Assembly: GCA_965233585.1 (NCBI GenBank)
Contig: CBDDTI010000747.1
Span: 704,001 to 768,000, forward strand
DNA: 64,000 nucleotides
Reading direction: 5' to 3'
Origin: a bacterium
GTDB lineage: Bacteria; SAR324; NAC60-12
Positions within the stretch are counted from its first letter, which is position 1, and every line of letters starts with the position of its first letter. A program made the position numbers and the translations under genes. Below are positions 1-10,180 of this stretch, in pieces. The notes under the pieces are model-generated. The model searched no databases and had not been told where the DNA came from. It was given only the letters and a program-made list of their open reading frames with translations.

Positions 1-593
1 ACATCATTATTCTTATTGGCATAAATTTTTCTCTGATAGTTTCTTAACTCTTCAGTTGCTTCACTAATACACATTTGCAGGTACCGATTTTGTGCTTCAA
101 TGGAAAGAGACAAGTTACGATTAGAAATCATCTCTTTGGTTGTTCCCATACCCACCTTGATTTTTTGATTATAATTTCCAATAGTGGTGTGAAGGAGAAG
201 TTTACGAAGAGTTTTGGAGCCTAAGTTTTCATTTTTTTCCAAGATAGACTCTACCAATGCCAAACGAGAGGCATAGATGGTAGGGTCACTGTTGAGAGTC
301 TTGATGTGTTTTAACGAGACTTCATCAGATATAAAAGGAAGTAGGTCATTTCCTAGTGCTTGGTCAGAAAGCTGGCAGGGCTTCCCCATTTTATGAGACC
401 AACGAAATCGGATAGAGTTATCAAAAGTTTGCTTCCATTTTTTGATTTCTTCCACAACTTCTTTCACCTCCCCGACAAGTTCCCCCCTTGGTAGAGGGAC
501 TACATTTCCCAAAGTGAGGTAATGAGTATACTCAGACTCCTTTTGCTTACCTTCAGTCTCAGCTTCAGTCTTTTGTTCTTTTAATGCAGGCAC
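1..593 (-). CDS. Hypothetical protein, truncated by the left window edge
   Basis: Manually translated stop-free frame from GTG at 593 (VPALKEQKTEAETEGKQKESEY...) to the edge, about 197 codons. No motif recognised and the start is uncertain. Confidence 0.5.
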   Translation of the reverse strand, partial: MPALKEQKTEAETEGKQKESEYTHYLTLGNVVPLPRGELVGEVKEVVEEIKKWKQTFDNSIRFRWSHKMGKPCQLSDQALGNDLLPFISDEVSLKHIKTLNSDPTIYASRLALVESILEKNENLGSKTLRKLLLHTTIGNYNQKIKVGMGTTKEMISNRNLSLSIEAQNRYLQMCISEATEELRNYQRKIYANKNND

Positions 594-721
594 TGTTTGT
601 CAATAATCAGATGAAGATGTTCGGTCACTTTAAATCAAGCCGACACCAAAAAAAGAATCTTTAAGAAATATCTAATCCAATCAAGCAGGATTCCCAAAAT
701 GGACACAGGATTGACCTCAAG

Positions 722-1696
722 TTATGGAATCAAGAGAGTTGAGCCTGTTGTAAGACGTGCTTCCAAGTCTTGATGAGCCTGAGACGCTTGCTCTAATGGA
801 TATTCCTGTTGGATGTTAATTTTGAGTCCTTTTTGAATGGCGTGAAACAGACTTTCCGAACGTTTCTGTGTTTCTTCAGGGGTTTGAGTGTAGTGTGCTA
901 AAGTGGGTCTTGTCATAAAGAGAGAGCCTTTGGAGGCAAGAGTCAATGGGGCAACATCAGGCACAGCACCAGAGGCATTGCCAAACGTCACAAACATGCC
1001 ACGAGGTTTTAAACAATTCACTGATGCCTCAAAAGTCGCTTGTCCTACTGAATCATAAACAACATCTACTTTGTGACCTGCAGTGATTTCTTCAACCCTT
1101 TTGGCAATGTCTTCTTGGTGGTACAAAATGACGTGGTCATATCCTGCATTTTTGGCAAGTTCTGCCTTTGCTTCAGAACCAACCGTTCCAATCACCGTCG
1201 CACCAATCTGCTTAAGCCATTGTCCTGCAATGAGTCCAACACCTCCAGCAGCTGCATGAAACAAGACCGTATCCTTTGAAGAAACAGGGTAGGTGCTGTG
1301 AAGCAAATAATGTGTGGTGAGTCCTTTTAACATCATTCCTGCTGCAGTTTTAAAATCAATGAAATCTGGCAGTTTAGAAATTTTGGAAGCAGGAATATTG
1401 CGTACAGAAGAATATGCCCCAAGGGGTCCTGTTCCATAAGCCACTCTGTCCCCTTTTTGAAAATCGCAAACATCTTTCCCAACGACTTCTACAATCCCTG
1501 ATGCTTCCAAGCCTAATATTGCAGGTAGTGGCACAGGGTAAAGCCCTGAACGATGATAGACATCAATAAAGTTCAGTCCAACAGCTTGGTGACGCACCTG
1601 TACTTCATCAGGGGCAGGAGGTTCTAAAATAATCTCTTTTTTCTCCAAAACCTGGGCATCACCAGTTTTCTGGAATTGAATGGCGTAATCACTCAT
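722..1696 (-). CDS. qor: NADPH:quinone oxidoreductase (zeta-crystallin/MDR family)
   Basis: GLNFIDVYHRSGLY, HAAAGGVG nucleotide-binding motif, FGNASG, KGSLFMTRPTL. Confidence 0.9.
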   Translation of the reverse strand: MSDYAIQFQKTGDAQVLEKKEIILEPPAPDEVQVRHQAVGLNFIDVYHRSGLYPVPLPAILGLEASGIVEVVGKDVCDFQKGDRVAYGTGPLGAYSSVRNIPASKISKLPDFIDFKTAAGMMLKGLTTHYLLHSTYPVSSKDTVLFHAAAGGVGLIAGQWLKQIGATVIGTVGSEAKAELAKNAGYDHVILYHQEDIAKRVEEITAGHKVDVVYDSVGQATFEASVNCLKPRGMFVTFGNASGAVPDVAPLTLASKGSLFMTRPTLAHYTQTPEETQKRSESLFHAIQKGLKINIQQEYPLEQASQAHQDLEARLTTGSTLLIP

Positions 1697-1764
1697 GTTT
1701 TGTCTTCATTTAGAATGGATTGATGAATTGAAATTTAATTTGATATGAGGATAGTGTCAACTGA

Positions 1765-1853
1765 TGGCGGAAAGAGAGGGATTCGAACCCTCGGTACGCA
1801 TGACGTACACACGCTTTCCAGGCGTGCTCCTTCGACCACTCGGACACCTTTCC
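1765..1853 (-). tRNA. tRNA-Ser(GGA)
   Basis: Reverse complement reads GGAAAGGTGTCCGAGTGG...CTGGAAA...long variable arm...GGTTCGAATCCC...TCCGCCA, with encoded CCA. Confidence 0.95.
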
Positions 1854-1904
1854 AAAGCCTATCAGTGTAACTCATCACTCTGAGTTTATCTAGTTTTATT
1901 CTGT

Positions 1905-4877
1905 TCACTTTACAACAATGTTGAGTAAACGTCTATCTTTTTGGACAACAGGAATGACCCGCTGAATCGTTTTACCTTCCAGATATCTTTGGATTTTTTC
2001 CAGCCCCATTTGTTCAAGCTCGTCTTTGCTTGCAGAAGTAGAAACTGCCATGACTGTGCGTTTTTTTCCATTGACCATGATTGGCATCTCTAGCAAATCA
2101 TCATGGCATTGTTCTGGGTCATAAATCGGAAAATCAAATAAAAGCCCAGATTTTTTTTGTGCAAATTCATCAGGCACAAGTTGCAAAAGCATTTCTTCTC
2201 CTAAATGCGGAGCAAAAGGGTAGAGTAGCAAAGCAAAAGTTTTGAGGTCTGCTTTGGAAAGATGGGGGCGTTGACGCATGAGATTTTTCAATTCAATCAA
2301 GGCAGCAATGGCTGTATTCATTCGCAGTCGTTCTATGTCTTGGGTCACTTTACGAATAGTTTTATGTAATGCTTTCTCTAACTCTTTATCTTCTGGAAGG
2401 GGCTGGTCTGTGGCTAATTCCAACAAGTTCCAAACAGAGCTTAAAAAGCGGAACATTCCAATAATAGAGTCTTGGTTCCAAGGTTTAGTAGAATCAAGAG
2501 GACCAAGATACATTTCATACACGCGGAAAGTATCCACGGTGTATGCTTTGGCAACGTCTTCAGGGGCAATGCCATTCTTAAATCGTTTGCCCATTTTTCC
2601 TTGCTCAATTTCAAGCTGTTCCCCTGTTTGCTTGTGTGTTGCTACCATTTTTTTATTTTGTGTGGAAACCTTGACTTCCGTAATGTCCACATACGAACCA
2701 CCGGAGTCTTTGTAAGCGTCGGCAGTAATCATACCTTGGTTGTAAAGCTGGTCAAATGGCTCACACGTAGAAAGATGTCCTAAGTCATAAAGAACTTTGT
2801 GCCAAAACCTTGCATAAAGCAGATGCAACACCGCATGCTCTGTGCCTCCGACATATAAATCTACCATGCCTGCTTTGTATGTCCCATCTTCTTTTTGGGA
2901 CAGAGACCAGTATTTCTCCACTTCAGGGTCTATAAATTTTTTGTCATTGCTTGCATCACAATAACGCAAATAATACCAACATGACCCTGCCCAATTTGGC
3001 ATGGTGTTTAGCTCACGAGTAAATTTTTGTAACTTATATGATTTGCCTTCAATTTGTGCATCGCTGCCGATTTGTTGTTCAGGAAAAAGGTAAACTGTCC
3101 CTTCAATTTCTACTCCTGCCACTTCAGTCCAGCCACTTGTTCGGGAGAGTGGAGGGAGCGGCTGTGAATTGGGGTCATCTGAACTTTCAGGAGTGAAGTC
3201 TTGCAATTCTGGTAGCAGAATGGGCAAACATGATTCGTGAACAGGAAAAGGTCTTTGCTTGGCGTCAAACACAATAGGGAACGGCTCGCCCCAATACCGT
3301 TGACGGCTGAACAGCCAGTCTCTTAACTGATACTGAACTTTGACTTGACCTAGATTTTTTTGGACAAGCCATTCAATCATTTTGAGCTTTGCCTCTTCTG
3401 TTTTTAAACCGTTAAGCGAAAGCTCGTCATTGGCAGAGTTGATGCTTTCAGAATAGTCACAAAAGGCTTCTGAAAATTGTTCAGGGTGTTGGAGATAAAA
3501 CTCATACAGAGGCTCTTGTTTGTCCTCTGGTGCATGTTTTTCAAGCCATTTTTGATGAGGTTTCACAACAGGAACAATGGGCAAATTAAATTTTTGAGCA
3601 AATTCAAAATCTCGTTGGTCTGATGCAGGAACAGCCATGATGGCACCTGAACCGTAGGACATCAAGACATAGTCTGCCACCCAAACAGGGATTCGCTGAT
3701 TCTGACAAGGATTGATGGCATAGCCCCCTGTAAAGACGCCTGTTTTTTCTTTGGTGTAGTCATGCTTGGCAGAACGAGCTAGTGTGGCTTGTTGTTGGTA
3801 TTCAGATAAGGCGTTGCGATATTCAGGGGCAACGATTTTCTCTAAAAGTGGGTGTTCTGGCGCCATGACCATATAAGTTGCACCAAACAAGGTATCGGGT
3901 CTAGTCGTGTAAATCGTCAACGTTTCAAAACTTCCATCTTGCGTTTCAATTTGAAAGTCAATTTCTGCTCCTTTGGACTGACCAATCCAGTTGCGTTGAG
4001 CCTCTACCACTCCTTGGGGCCAGTTGAGTTTTTCAAGGTCTTTAAGCAAACGTGGCGCATATTCTGTAATCCGCATTTTCCATTGCTTCAATGACCTCTG
4101 GTAAACAGGGAATCCACCACGTTCACTCAAACCCTCATCTGTGACTTCTTCATTGGACAAGACTGTTCCAAGTTGAGGACACCAGTTGACTAATTCATCA
4201 CTTAAAATCACAAGACGTGCTTTGTCCAACGCATCAGCAATTTCCGAATTTTGTGCTTCTCTCCCTTCTGGCAAAAGTTCTTGAGGTTTGGGCATTCCAT
4301 CGGTGTCAAGTAACCACTCTTTGTTTTTGAGCTTTTGAGCAAGGTCTGAAATTGGCAATGCACGTCCTTGATTCTGTACACCATCAGCTCCAGTCCATTT
4401 TACACTTGGGTCATAGTAGCTTTGATAAAGTTGCAGGAAAATCCATTGCGTCCAACGATAATAATCAGGGTCAGTCGTAGAAAATCGTTTTTCTGGAGCA
4501 TGAGCAAGCCCTAGCAAATTGAGTTGTTTGAGCATGTTGTCAATGTTTTCTTCTGTCGTCAAACGGGGAGGCTTGCCTGTTTGAATCGCAAATTGTTCTG
4601 CAGGGAGTCCAAAAGAATCAAACCCCATAGAATACAAAACATGCTTGCCTTGCATCTGCAAAAAACGACGATAAATGTCTGTGGCAATGTAGCCTAAAGG
4701 ATGCCCAACGTGCAGACCATATCCGCTTGGATAAGGAAAGAAGTCTAAAATGAAAAACTTATCTTGATTGTTAGAACGATGAGGCTGAGTGTGATAAATT
4801 TTTTGATTGTCCCAATATTTCTGCCACTTGGGTTCAAATTGATGTGCCGCTTCTTGGTAAGTTGTTTGTTGTTCCAT
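1905..4877 (-). CDS. leuS: Leucine--tRNA ligase
   Basis: FPYPSGYGLHVGH (HIGH), TTRPDTLFG and GSGAIMAVP editing-domain motifs, RDWLFSRQRYWGEP, KMGKR at the KMSKS position. Confidence 0.95.
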   Translation of the reverse strand: MEQQTTYQEAAHQFEPKWQKYWDNQKIYHTQPHRSNNQDKFFILDFFPYPSGYGLHVGHPLGYIATDIYRRFLQMQGKHVLYSMGFDSFGLPAEQFAIQTGKPPRLTTEENIDNMLKQLNLLGLAHAPEKRFSTTDPDYYRWTQWIFLQLYQSYYDPSVKWTGADGVQNQGRALPISDLAQKLKNKEWLLDTDGMPKPQELLPEGREAQNSEIADALDKARLVILSDELVNWCPQLGTVLSNEEVTDEGLSERGGFPVYQRSLKQWKMRITEYAPRLLKDLEKLNWPQGVVEAQRNWIGQSKGAEIDFQIETQDGSFETLTIYTTRPDTLFGATYMVMAPEHPLLEKIVAPEYRNALSEYQQQATLARSAKHDYTKEKTGVFTGGYAINPCQNQRIPVWVADYVLMSYGSGAIMAVPASDQRDFEFAQKFNLPIVPVVKPHQKWLEKHAPEDKQEPLYEFYLQHPEQFSEAFCDYSESINSANDELSLNGLKTEEAKLKMIEWLVQKNLGQVKVQYQLRDWLFSRQRYWGEPFPIVFDAKQRPFPVHESCLPILLPELQDFTPESSDDPNSQPLPPLSRTSGWTEVAGVEIEGTVYLFPEQQIGSDAQIEGKSYKLQKFTRELNTMPNWAGSCWYYLRYCDASNDKKFIDPEVEKYWSLSQKEDGTYKAGMVDLYVGGTEHAVLHLLYARFWHKVLYDLGHLSTCEPFDQLYNQGMITADAYKDSGGSYVDITEVKVSTQNKKMVATHKQTGEQLEIEQGKMGKRFKNGIAPEDVAKAYTVDTFRVYEMYLGPLDSTKPWNQDSIIGMFRFLSSVWNLLELATDQPLPEDKELEKALHKTIRKVTQDIERLRMNTAIAALIELKNLMRQRPHLSKADLKTFALLLYPFAPHLGEEMLLQLVPDEFAQKKSGLLFDFPIYDPEQCHDDLLEMPIMVNGKKRTVMAVSTSASKDELEQMGLEKIQRYLEGKTIQRVIPVVQKDRRLLNIVVK

Positions 4878-5249
4878 GTTGAAAGATTTTTTATAGAAAT
4901 TTTTGACAAAACTTTGTCAAGCTAGAGTCATTGTTGAAAATAGATTGTGGGTCAACCCCGCAATGATTGACAAAATTGGCAGAACTGGATTGTTTTCAAA
5001 ACCAAGTCTATTTCTTTAAAAGCAGGAATCCAGATGAAGTCCTTGAAAATAGATTCTGCTTTTAAGAAATGAGTCATGTCAATTTTTAATATCCAAATGA
5101 GGTGATTCAAAAGCCTTTCATCATGCCTATTTTTGCAAAAAGTTTCAATTTTTTGATTTTCATCAATTTTGAATGAGCAGGAATGCTTTTGACTTTTTGG
5201 ATAAATTTTTGCATGATTTTCTGGTTTGACAATAATTGAAGGTATAATA

Positions 5250-6182
5250 ATGACAAAAAGGGTTTTGGTGACGGGTGGTGCAGGTTTTATCGGGTCATTT
5301 CTTTGTGAACGTCTGATTCAAGAAGGACATGACGTGATTTGTTTAGATAATTTTTTTACAGGACGCAAACGCAATCTTTCTCAAGTGATGTCATCAGACC
5401 ATTTTGAAGTGATTCGCCATGACGTCATCAACCCCATCTTGCTAGAAGTAGATTGGATTTTTAACCTTGCCTGCCCTGCTTCTCCAATTCACTACCAATA
5501 CAATCCTGTCAAAACCATCAAAACCAACGTGTTAGGAATGTTGAATATGCTTGGTCTTGCCAAAAGAATCAATGCTCGTCTTTTGCAAGCCTCTACTTCA
5601 GAAGTTTATGGAGACCCTCAAATTCACCCACAATCAGAGGATTATTGGGGGAATGTCAATCCAATCGGCATCAGAAGTTGCTACGATGAAGGCAAACGTG
5701 TGGCTGAAACCTTGTTGTTTGATTACAAACGTCAAAGTCAAGTGGATGGAAAAGTGATTCGGATCTTCAATACTTACGGTCCAAGAATGAGTGTGAATGA
5801 CGGGCGAGTTGTCAGTAACTTTATCATAGCGGCATTGCAGGGGAGGGATTTGGAAGTCTATGGAGACGGTAGCCAAACAAGGTCTTTTTGCTATGTTTCT
5901 GATTTAGTGGAGGGTATTTTGCGTATGATGCAGAAAGATGATTTTGCAGGACCAGTCAATTTGGGGAATCCCGGTGAATTTACAGTACTGGAACTTGCAG
6001 AACTGGTGCTAAACCTTTCAGGTTCATCGTCAAAAATCCGTCATCTTGAAGCAAGAGAAGATGACCCTTTGCGTAGGAAGCCAAACATTGAACTTGCTCA
6101 AAAAAAACTAGACTGGAAGCCTAACGTCTCTTTGCAGGTCGGCTTGAAACACACTATTGATTACTTTAGAAAAATCATTTAA
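5250..6182 (+). CDS. UDP-glucuronate decarboxylase (UXS-like extended SDR)
   Basis: [37 protein letters not shown] at 5250 preferred over the TTG at 5226. Confidence 0.9.
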   Translation: MTKRVLVTGGAGFIGSFLCERLIQEGHDVICLDNFFTGRKRNLSQVMSSDHFEVIRHDVINPILLEVDWIFNLACPASPIHYQYNPVKTIKTNVLGMLNMLGLAKRINARLLQASTSEVYGDPQIHPQSEDYWGNVNPIGIRSCYDEGKRVAETLLFDYKRQSQVDGKVIRIFNTYGPRMSVNDGRVVSNFIIAALQGRDLEVYGDGSQTRSFCYVSDLVEGILRMMQKDDFAGPVNLGNPGEFTVLELAELVLNLSGSSSKIRHLEAREDDPLRRKPNIELAQKKLDWKPNVSLQVGLKHTIDYFRKII

Positions 6183-6184
6183 TT

Positions 6185-6592
6185 ATGGAAGCTCAATTTA
6201 AGGGGTTATTTTTTTTAATATTGGTTGTTTGTCTGGGGGTGGGAGAGTCATTTGCAAATCGTGGAATCAATTTGCATCAAAAGTATGAAAAGTATTCTAA
6301 ATCACATCTTGCAACGCCTATACAATCTCCACACAACAATCTGCCAGATTTAGACCAGAGAATCCCTAAAGAGTATCTGCAGAATATTCAACGTTCTCGC
6401 TCATCTTCTCCATATGTCACTACGCAAAAGCAAGCTGCGCATCTGAACGAAGTGATAAGGCAATCTGCCAAACATACAAAGAAAAGCCATGACATTGAAA
6501 AGGAACGAAGTTACAAACTACAAAAGTTTTTGTATCATCAATTTCGCCACAGTCCTTCTCCAAACTACGATCCAAATTTTCGTCAGCGATAA
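6185..6592 (+). CDS. Hypothetical exported protein
   Basis: 135-aa ORF with an N-terminal hydrophobic signal-like segment, starting 2 bp after the upstream stop. Confidence 0.55.
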   Translation: MEAQFKGLFFLILVVCLGVGESFANRGINLHQKYEKYSKSHLATPIQSPHNNLPDLDQRIPKEYLQNIQRSRSSSPYVTTQKQAAHLNEVIRQSAKHTKKSHDIEKERSYKLQKFLYHQFRHSPSPNYDPNFRQR

Positions 6593-6613
6593 AGGAATCT
6601 GCTGAAACCAAAT

Positions 6614-8965
6614 TTATTGATTAGTTGGAGTTTTCATTGCAAATGAATTGACAAATGCAATTTGAAGGGCTTCTTCTGCATTGGTGATGAAGTGTGGCTT
6701 GAGGTCTTCAAGAATTTCTTCAGGCACTTCTGCCAAATCAGGCTTGTTTTCTTGCGGGAGAATCACCTCAAAAATTCCAGAACGTTTGGCAGCCAGTAAC
6801 TTGTCTTTCATGCCTCCAACCTTGAGAACTTTCCCACGCAAATTGATTTCGCCAGTGACAGCAACATCGTTTCTTATTGGCATTTGCGATATGGTACTGA
6901 CCAACGAACAAATCAACGCAACTCCAACAGAGGGACCATCTTTGGGAATAGAACCTTCTGGTAAATGGATGTGAAAATTGTGTTGCTTAAATGTCTCTTG
7001 GGGCAAACTAAAGTGTTCAGATTGAGAATGAACAAAGGAAAATGCAGTTTCAATAGACTCTTTCAACACATCTCCAAGTTTTCCCGTCATAATGAGTTTT
7101 CCATCGCCTGACATCATACTGATTTCAACCATCATAATCTCTCCCCCCAACGAAGTGACGCTTAAACCAGTTGTGACCCCTACCTTACTTGCATTTTCTT
7201 TAGAAGCATTATGAAAAGTGGGGGGTCCTAAAAGTTTTATCAACATGGATTGATTGAGTACAATGTTGCGGTCTTGATTTTCTTTGACCAGCTGTGTTGC
7301 AACCTTGCGGCAGACTTTGCCAAGTTGCCTTTCTAAATTCCTGACTCCTGCCTCACGTGTGTAACGTTCAATAATTTTCATTAAAATGGTCTTTCTTATA
7401 GAAAGCTGACGTGCATTGAGTCCGTGTTCTGCACTTTGCTTAGGCAAGATGAATTGTTTGGCAATGTGATATTTCTCCAATTCGGTATATCCCGAAAGGT
7501 GAATCACTTCCATACGGTCAAGCAAAGGGAAGGGAATGCGGTTTGTGGAATTGGCTGTGCAGATGAAAAGGATAGAAGAGAGGTCGTAGTCAATTTCCAA
7601 ATAATGATCCACAAATGATTGATTTTGTTCAGGGTCTAGGATTTCTAACAGAGCAGATGCGGGGGCATTGGTTGAATTTTGATAAAGTTTATCAATCTCA
7701 TCAAGCAAAAACACAGGGTTTGTACTTTGAACTTTCCGAAGCGATTGAATCACCTTCCCCGGCATTGCACCAATGTAAGTGCGTCTGTGTCCCCTAATTT
7801 CTGCTTCATCTCTGACACCACCCAGACTCATTCTGACAAACTCACGCTTCAAGGCTCGTGCGATGGATTTAGCAAGTGAAGTCTTTCCAACGCCTGGAGG
7901 ACCCACAAAACAAATGATATGCCCCTTCATCGTTTTTTTCAAAGTAGCAACTGCAATGTATTCAAGAATTTGGTCTTTGACCTTAAAGAGTCCGTAATGG
8001 TCTTCATTTAAAATTTTTTGGGCTTGTTGCAGATTAAAACTTTCTTGTGTGTTGTACTTCCAAGGCATATTGACAAGCCATTCCAAGTAATTCCTAATGA
8101 CATTCGCTTCAGCAGAAGTGGCAGAAGTCATTCTAAGTTTTTTCAACTCTTTCAACGCACTTTCTTTGGCTTTTTCGGGCATTCCACAAGAATAAATCTG
8201 TTTTTTCAACTCTTCAATTTCATTGCCACTTTCATCTACATGACCAAGCTCTTTTTGAATATTACGTAACTGTTGGTGCAAGTAATCTTCTTTGTGAGAC
8301 ACCGCAACACTTTCCTTGACTTGGTCTTGTAACTTGACACCCATTTGTGTGATTTCAAGTTCTTTTTTCAAAAAACTCAAAATCAATTCCAAACGTTTAG
8401 AAATATTCGTTTCTTCTATCAGTAAAAATTTTTGTTCTTTACTTAAGTCAAAAAACGGGGCTAAAAAATCGGGCAATGTTTCTAACTCTAACTGCTCCAG
8501 TTGTTTTAATTTTTCAGCAGAAATTTTACCTGAAAACGTCTCAGCATTGTCTAATAACAATTTCTTGAGTTGATTGGCTAACTGATTTGCTTTCTGAGTC
8601 ACCTTTTTCTGCCAGACTTCAAGATAGACAAAGAAGCATTTGTCTTGTTCTTCAAAGCGAATGATCCTAGCACGTCTTTTTCCCTCAAAAATCGCTTTGA
8701 CTGCCTGAGAACGCATTCTCACAGAGGACTCCAGTGTTCCCACAACTCCAACTTTGCAAAGGTCAATGAGAGCAGGATTGTCAACAGAAGGTTGCATTTG
8801 TGTAACGACAAAAATCTCTTTGCGATGTTCTTCCGCATATTCCAATGCTTTGATAGAGGAAGGACGACCAATCATCAATGGAACGGTTGTCATAGGGAAA
8901 ATCACTTCTTCACGCAGGGGTAAAAGAGGGAGGTAGAGGAAATCTTTAGTAACAAATTTAGGCAT
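6614..8965 (-). CDS. lon: Lon (La) ATP-dependent protease
   Basis: N-terminal LPLLPLRE, Walker A GPPGVGKT, LLDEIDK, PKDGPS catalytic Ser, VGGMKDK Lys. Confidence 0.95.
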   Translation of the reverse strand: MPKFVTKDFLYLPLLPLREEVIFPMTTVPLMIGRPSSIKALEYAEEHRKEIFVVTQMQPSVDNPALIDLCKVGVVGTLESSVRMRSQAVKAIFEGKRRARIIRFEEQDKCFFVYLEVWQKKVTQKANQLANQLKKLLLDNAETFSGKISAEKLKQLEQLELETLPDFLAPFFDLSKEQKFLLIEETNISKRLELILSFLKKELEITQMGVKLQDQVKESVAVSHKEDYLHQQLRNIQKELGHVDESGNEIEELKKQIYSCGMPEKAKESALKELKKLRMTSATSAEANVIRNYLEWLVNMPWKYNTQESFNLQQAQKILNEDHYGLFKVKDQILEYIAVATLKKTMKGHIICFVGPPGVGKTSLAKSIARALKREFVRMSLGGVRDEAEIRGHRRTYIGAMPGKVIQSLRKVQSTNPVFLLDEIDKLYQNSTNAPASALLEILDPEQNQSFVDHYLEIDYDLSSILFICTANSTNRIPFPLLDRMEVIHLSGYTELEKYHIAKQFILPKQSAEHGLNARQLSIRKTILMKIIERYTREAGVRNLERQLGKVCRKVATQLVKENQDRNIVLNQSMLIKLLGPPTFHNASKENASKVGVTTGLSVTSLGGEIMMVEISMMSGDGKLIMTGKLGDVLKESIETAFSFVHSQSEHFSLPQETFKQHNFHIHLPEGSIPKDGPSVGVALICSLVSTISQMPIRNDVAVTGEINLRGKVLKVGGMKDKLLAAKRSGIFEVILPQENKPDLAEVPEEILEDLKPHFITNAEEALQIAFVNSFAMKTPTNQ

Positions 8966-9184
8966 AGTTGTTTGGTGATGGATAGAATCTAGTAAATCCT
9001 TAGTCTATCTTGTCTTAGTAATAAAAAACACCCCCTCTCATACAAAAATGATGTCAGAATTTGTTTGGAAAGTGGCGTCAAAAGCAGATTGGTGAAATTG
9101 ACTAAAAATTCTTGCCCTTATCAAAATTTTCGTTACAATAATGTGTTTTCGTTTTTCCTCTTCCTTCACCTTCCGTCTGTTTTT

Positions 9185-9258
<74 letters not shown>

Positions 9259-9354
9259 TTCTCGTTCCGTTTCTTAAAGCATAGCAAGTGATTCAAAACC
9301 GTGATAGACTGACGGCTTTTGCCAAGATTCCATGAGATAAATCCAGTGTTGTCA

Positions 9355-10122
9355 ATGAAAGAAACCAAAAAAATTAAGAAAGAAAATGATGAAGAACTCA
9401 CAGAAGGAATGATGCCATTGGGGGGGCATTTGTCAGAGTTGCGTAAGCGATTGTTGATTTCTATTGGGGCAATCTTTGTGGCATTTGTCGCAGTGGCATC
9501 TGTTGAAATAGAGCTTGATCAGCCAATTTTGACATGGTTTAGAGAACCTCTTGCACGTAGAAACGTCCCTTTAGTTTTTGATGAATTGACTGAACCCTTC
9601 TTTACTTACTTGAGAATAGGGATTTATGCAGGTTTGTTCCTGACTTTTCCAATTACACTGACTCAAATCTGGTTGTTTGTCAAACCTGCTCTTTACAAAA
9701 AGGAGCGTCACGCAGTCTGGCCTTTTTTGATTTTATCGTATCCATTGTTCATTGGAGGCGGATTATTTGGCTACTTTGTCGTGCTTCCTTTTGGCTATGA
9801 CTTCTTTTTGAGCTTCCAAAATTCCATCACTTTGCCTTCTTTGCAAATGGGAGCGTATCTGACTTTAACAGTCCATATTCTGTTTGCATTTGGACTGGTC
9901 TTTGAACTACCGATTATCTCTTTATTACTGACACGTATGGGGGTCATTGACGCCACATTTTTAAGAAAAAACCGAAAATATGCACTCGTGATAATTTTTA
10001 TTGTGGCAGCTGTTTTGACTCCTCCAGATTTATTTACACAAGGGTTGATGGCAGTGCCGCTGATTATCCTCTACGAAATTGGGATCATTGTCTCTGCAGT
10101 CGCCAGAAAAGCCGAAGTTTGA
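9355..10122 (+). CDS. tatC: Twin-arginine translocase subunit TatC
   Basis: HLSELRKRL, QIWLFVKPALY, FGLVFELP, AVLTPPD, LYE. Start is either ATG 9355 or TTG 9319. Confidence 0.93.
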   Translation: MKETKKIKKENDEELTEGMMPLGGHLSELRKRLLISIGAIFVAFVAVASVEIELDQPILTWFREPLARRNVPLVFDELTEPFFTYLRIGIYAGLFLTFPITLTQIWLFVKPALYKKERHAVWPFLILSYPLFIGGGLFGYFVVLPFGYDFFLSFQNSITLPSLQMGAYLTLTVHILFAFGLVFELPIISLLLTRMGVIDATFLRKNRKYALVIIFIVAAVLTPPDLFTQGLMAVPLIILYEIGIIVSAVARKAEV

Positions 10123-10180
10123 GTCATCAGGCTTATTTATGCTACAATCCCGATTTTTTCGCCTAAACTGCTAGAGTAGA

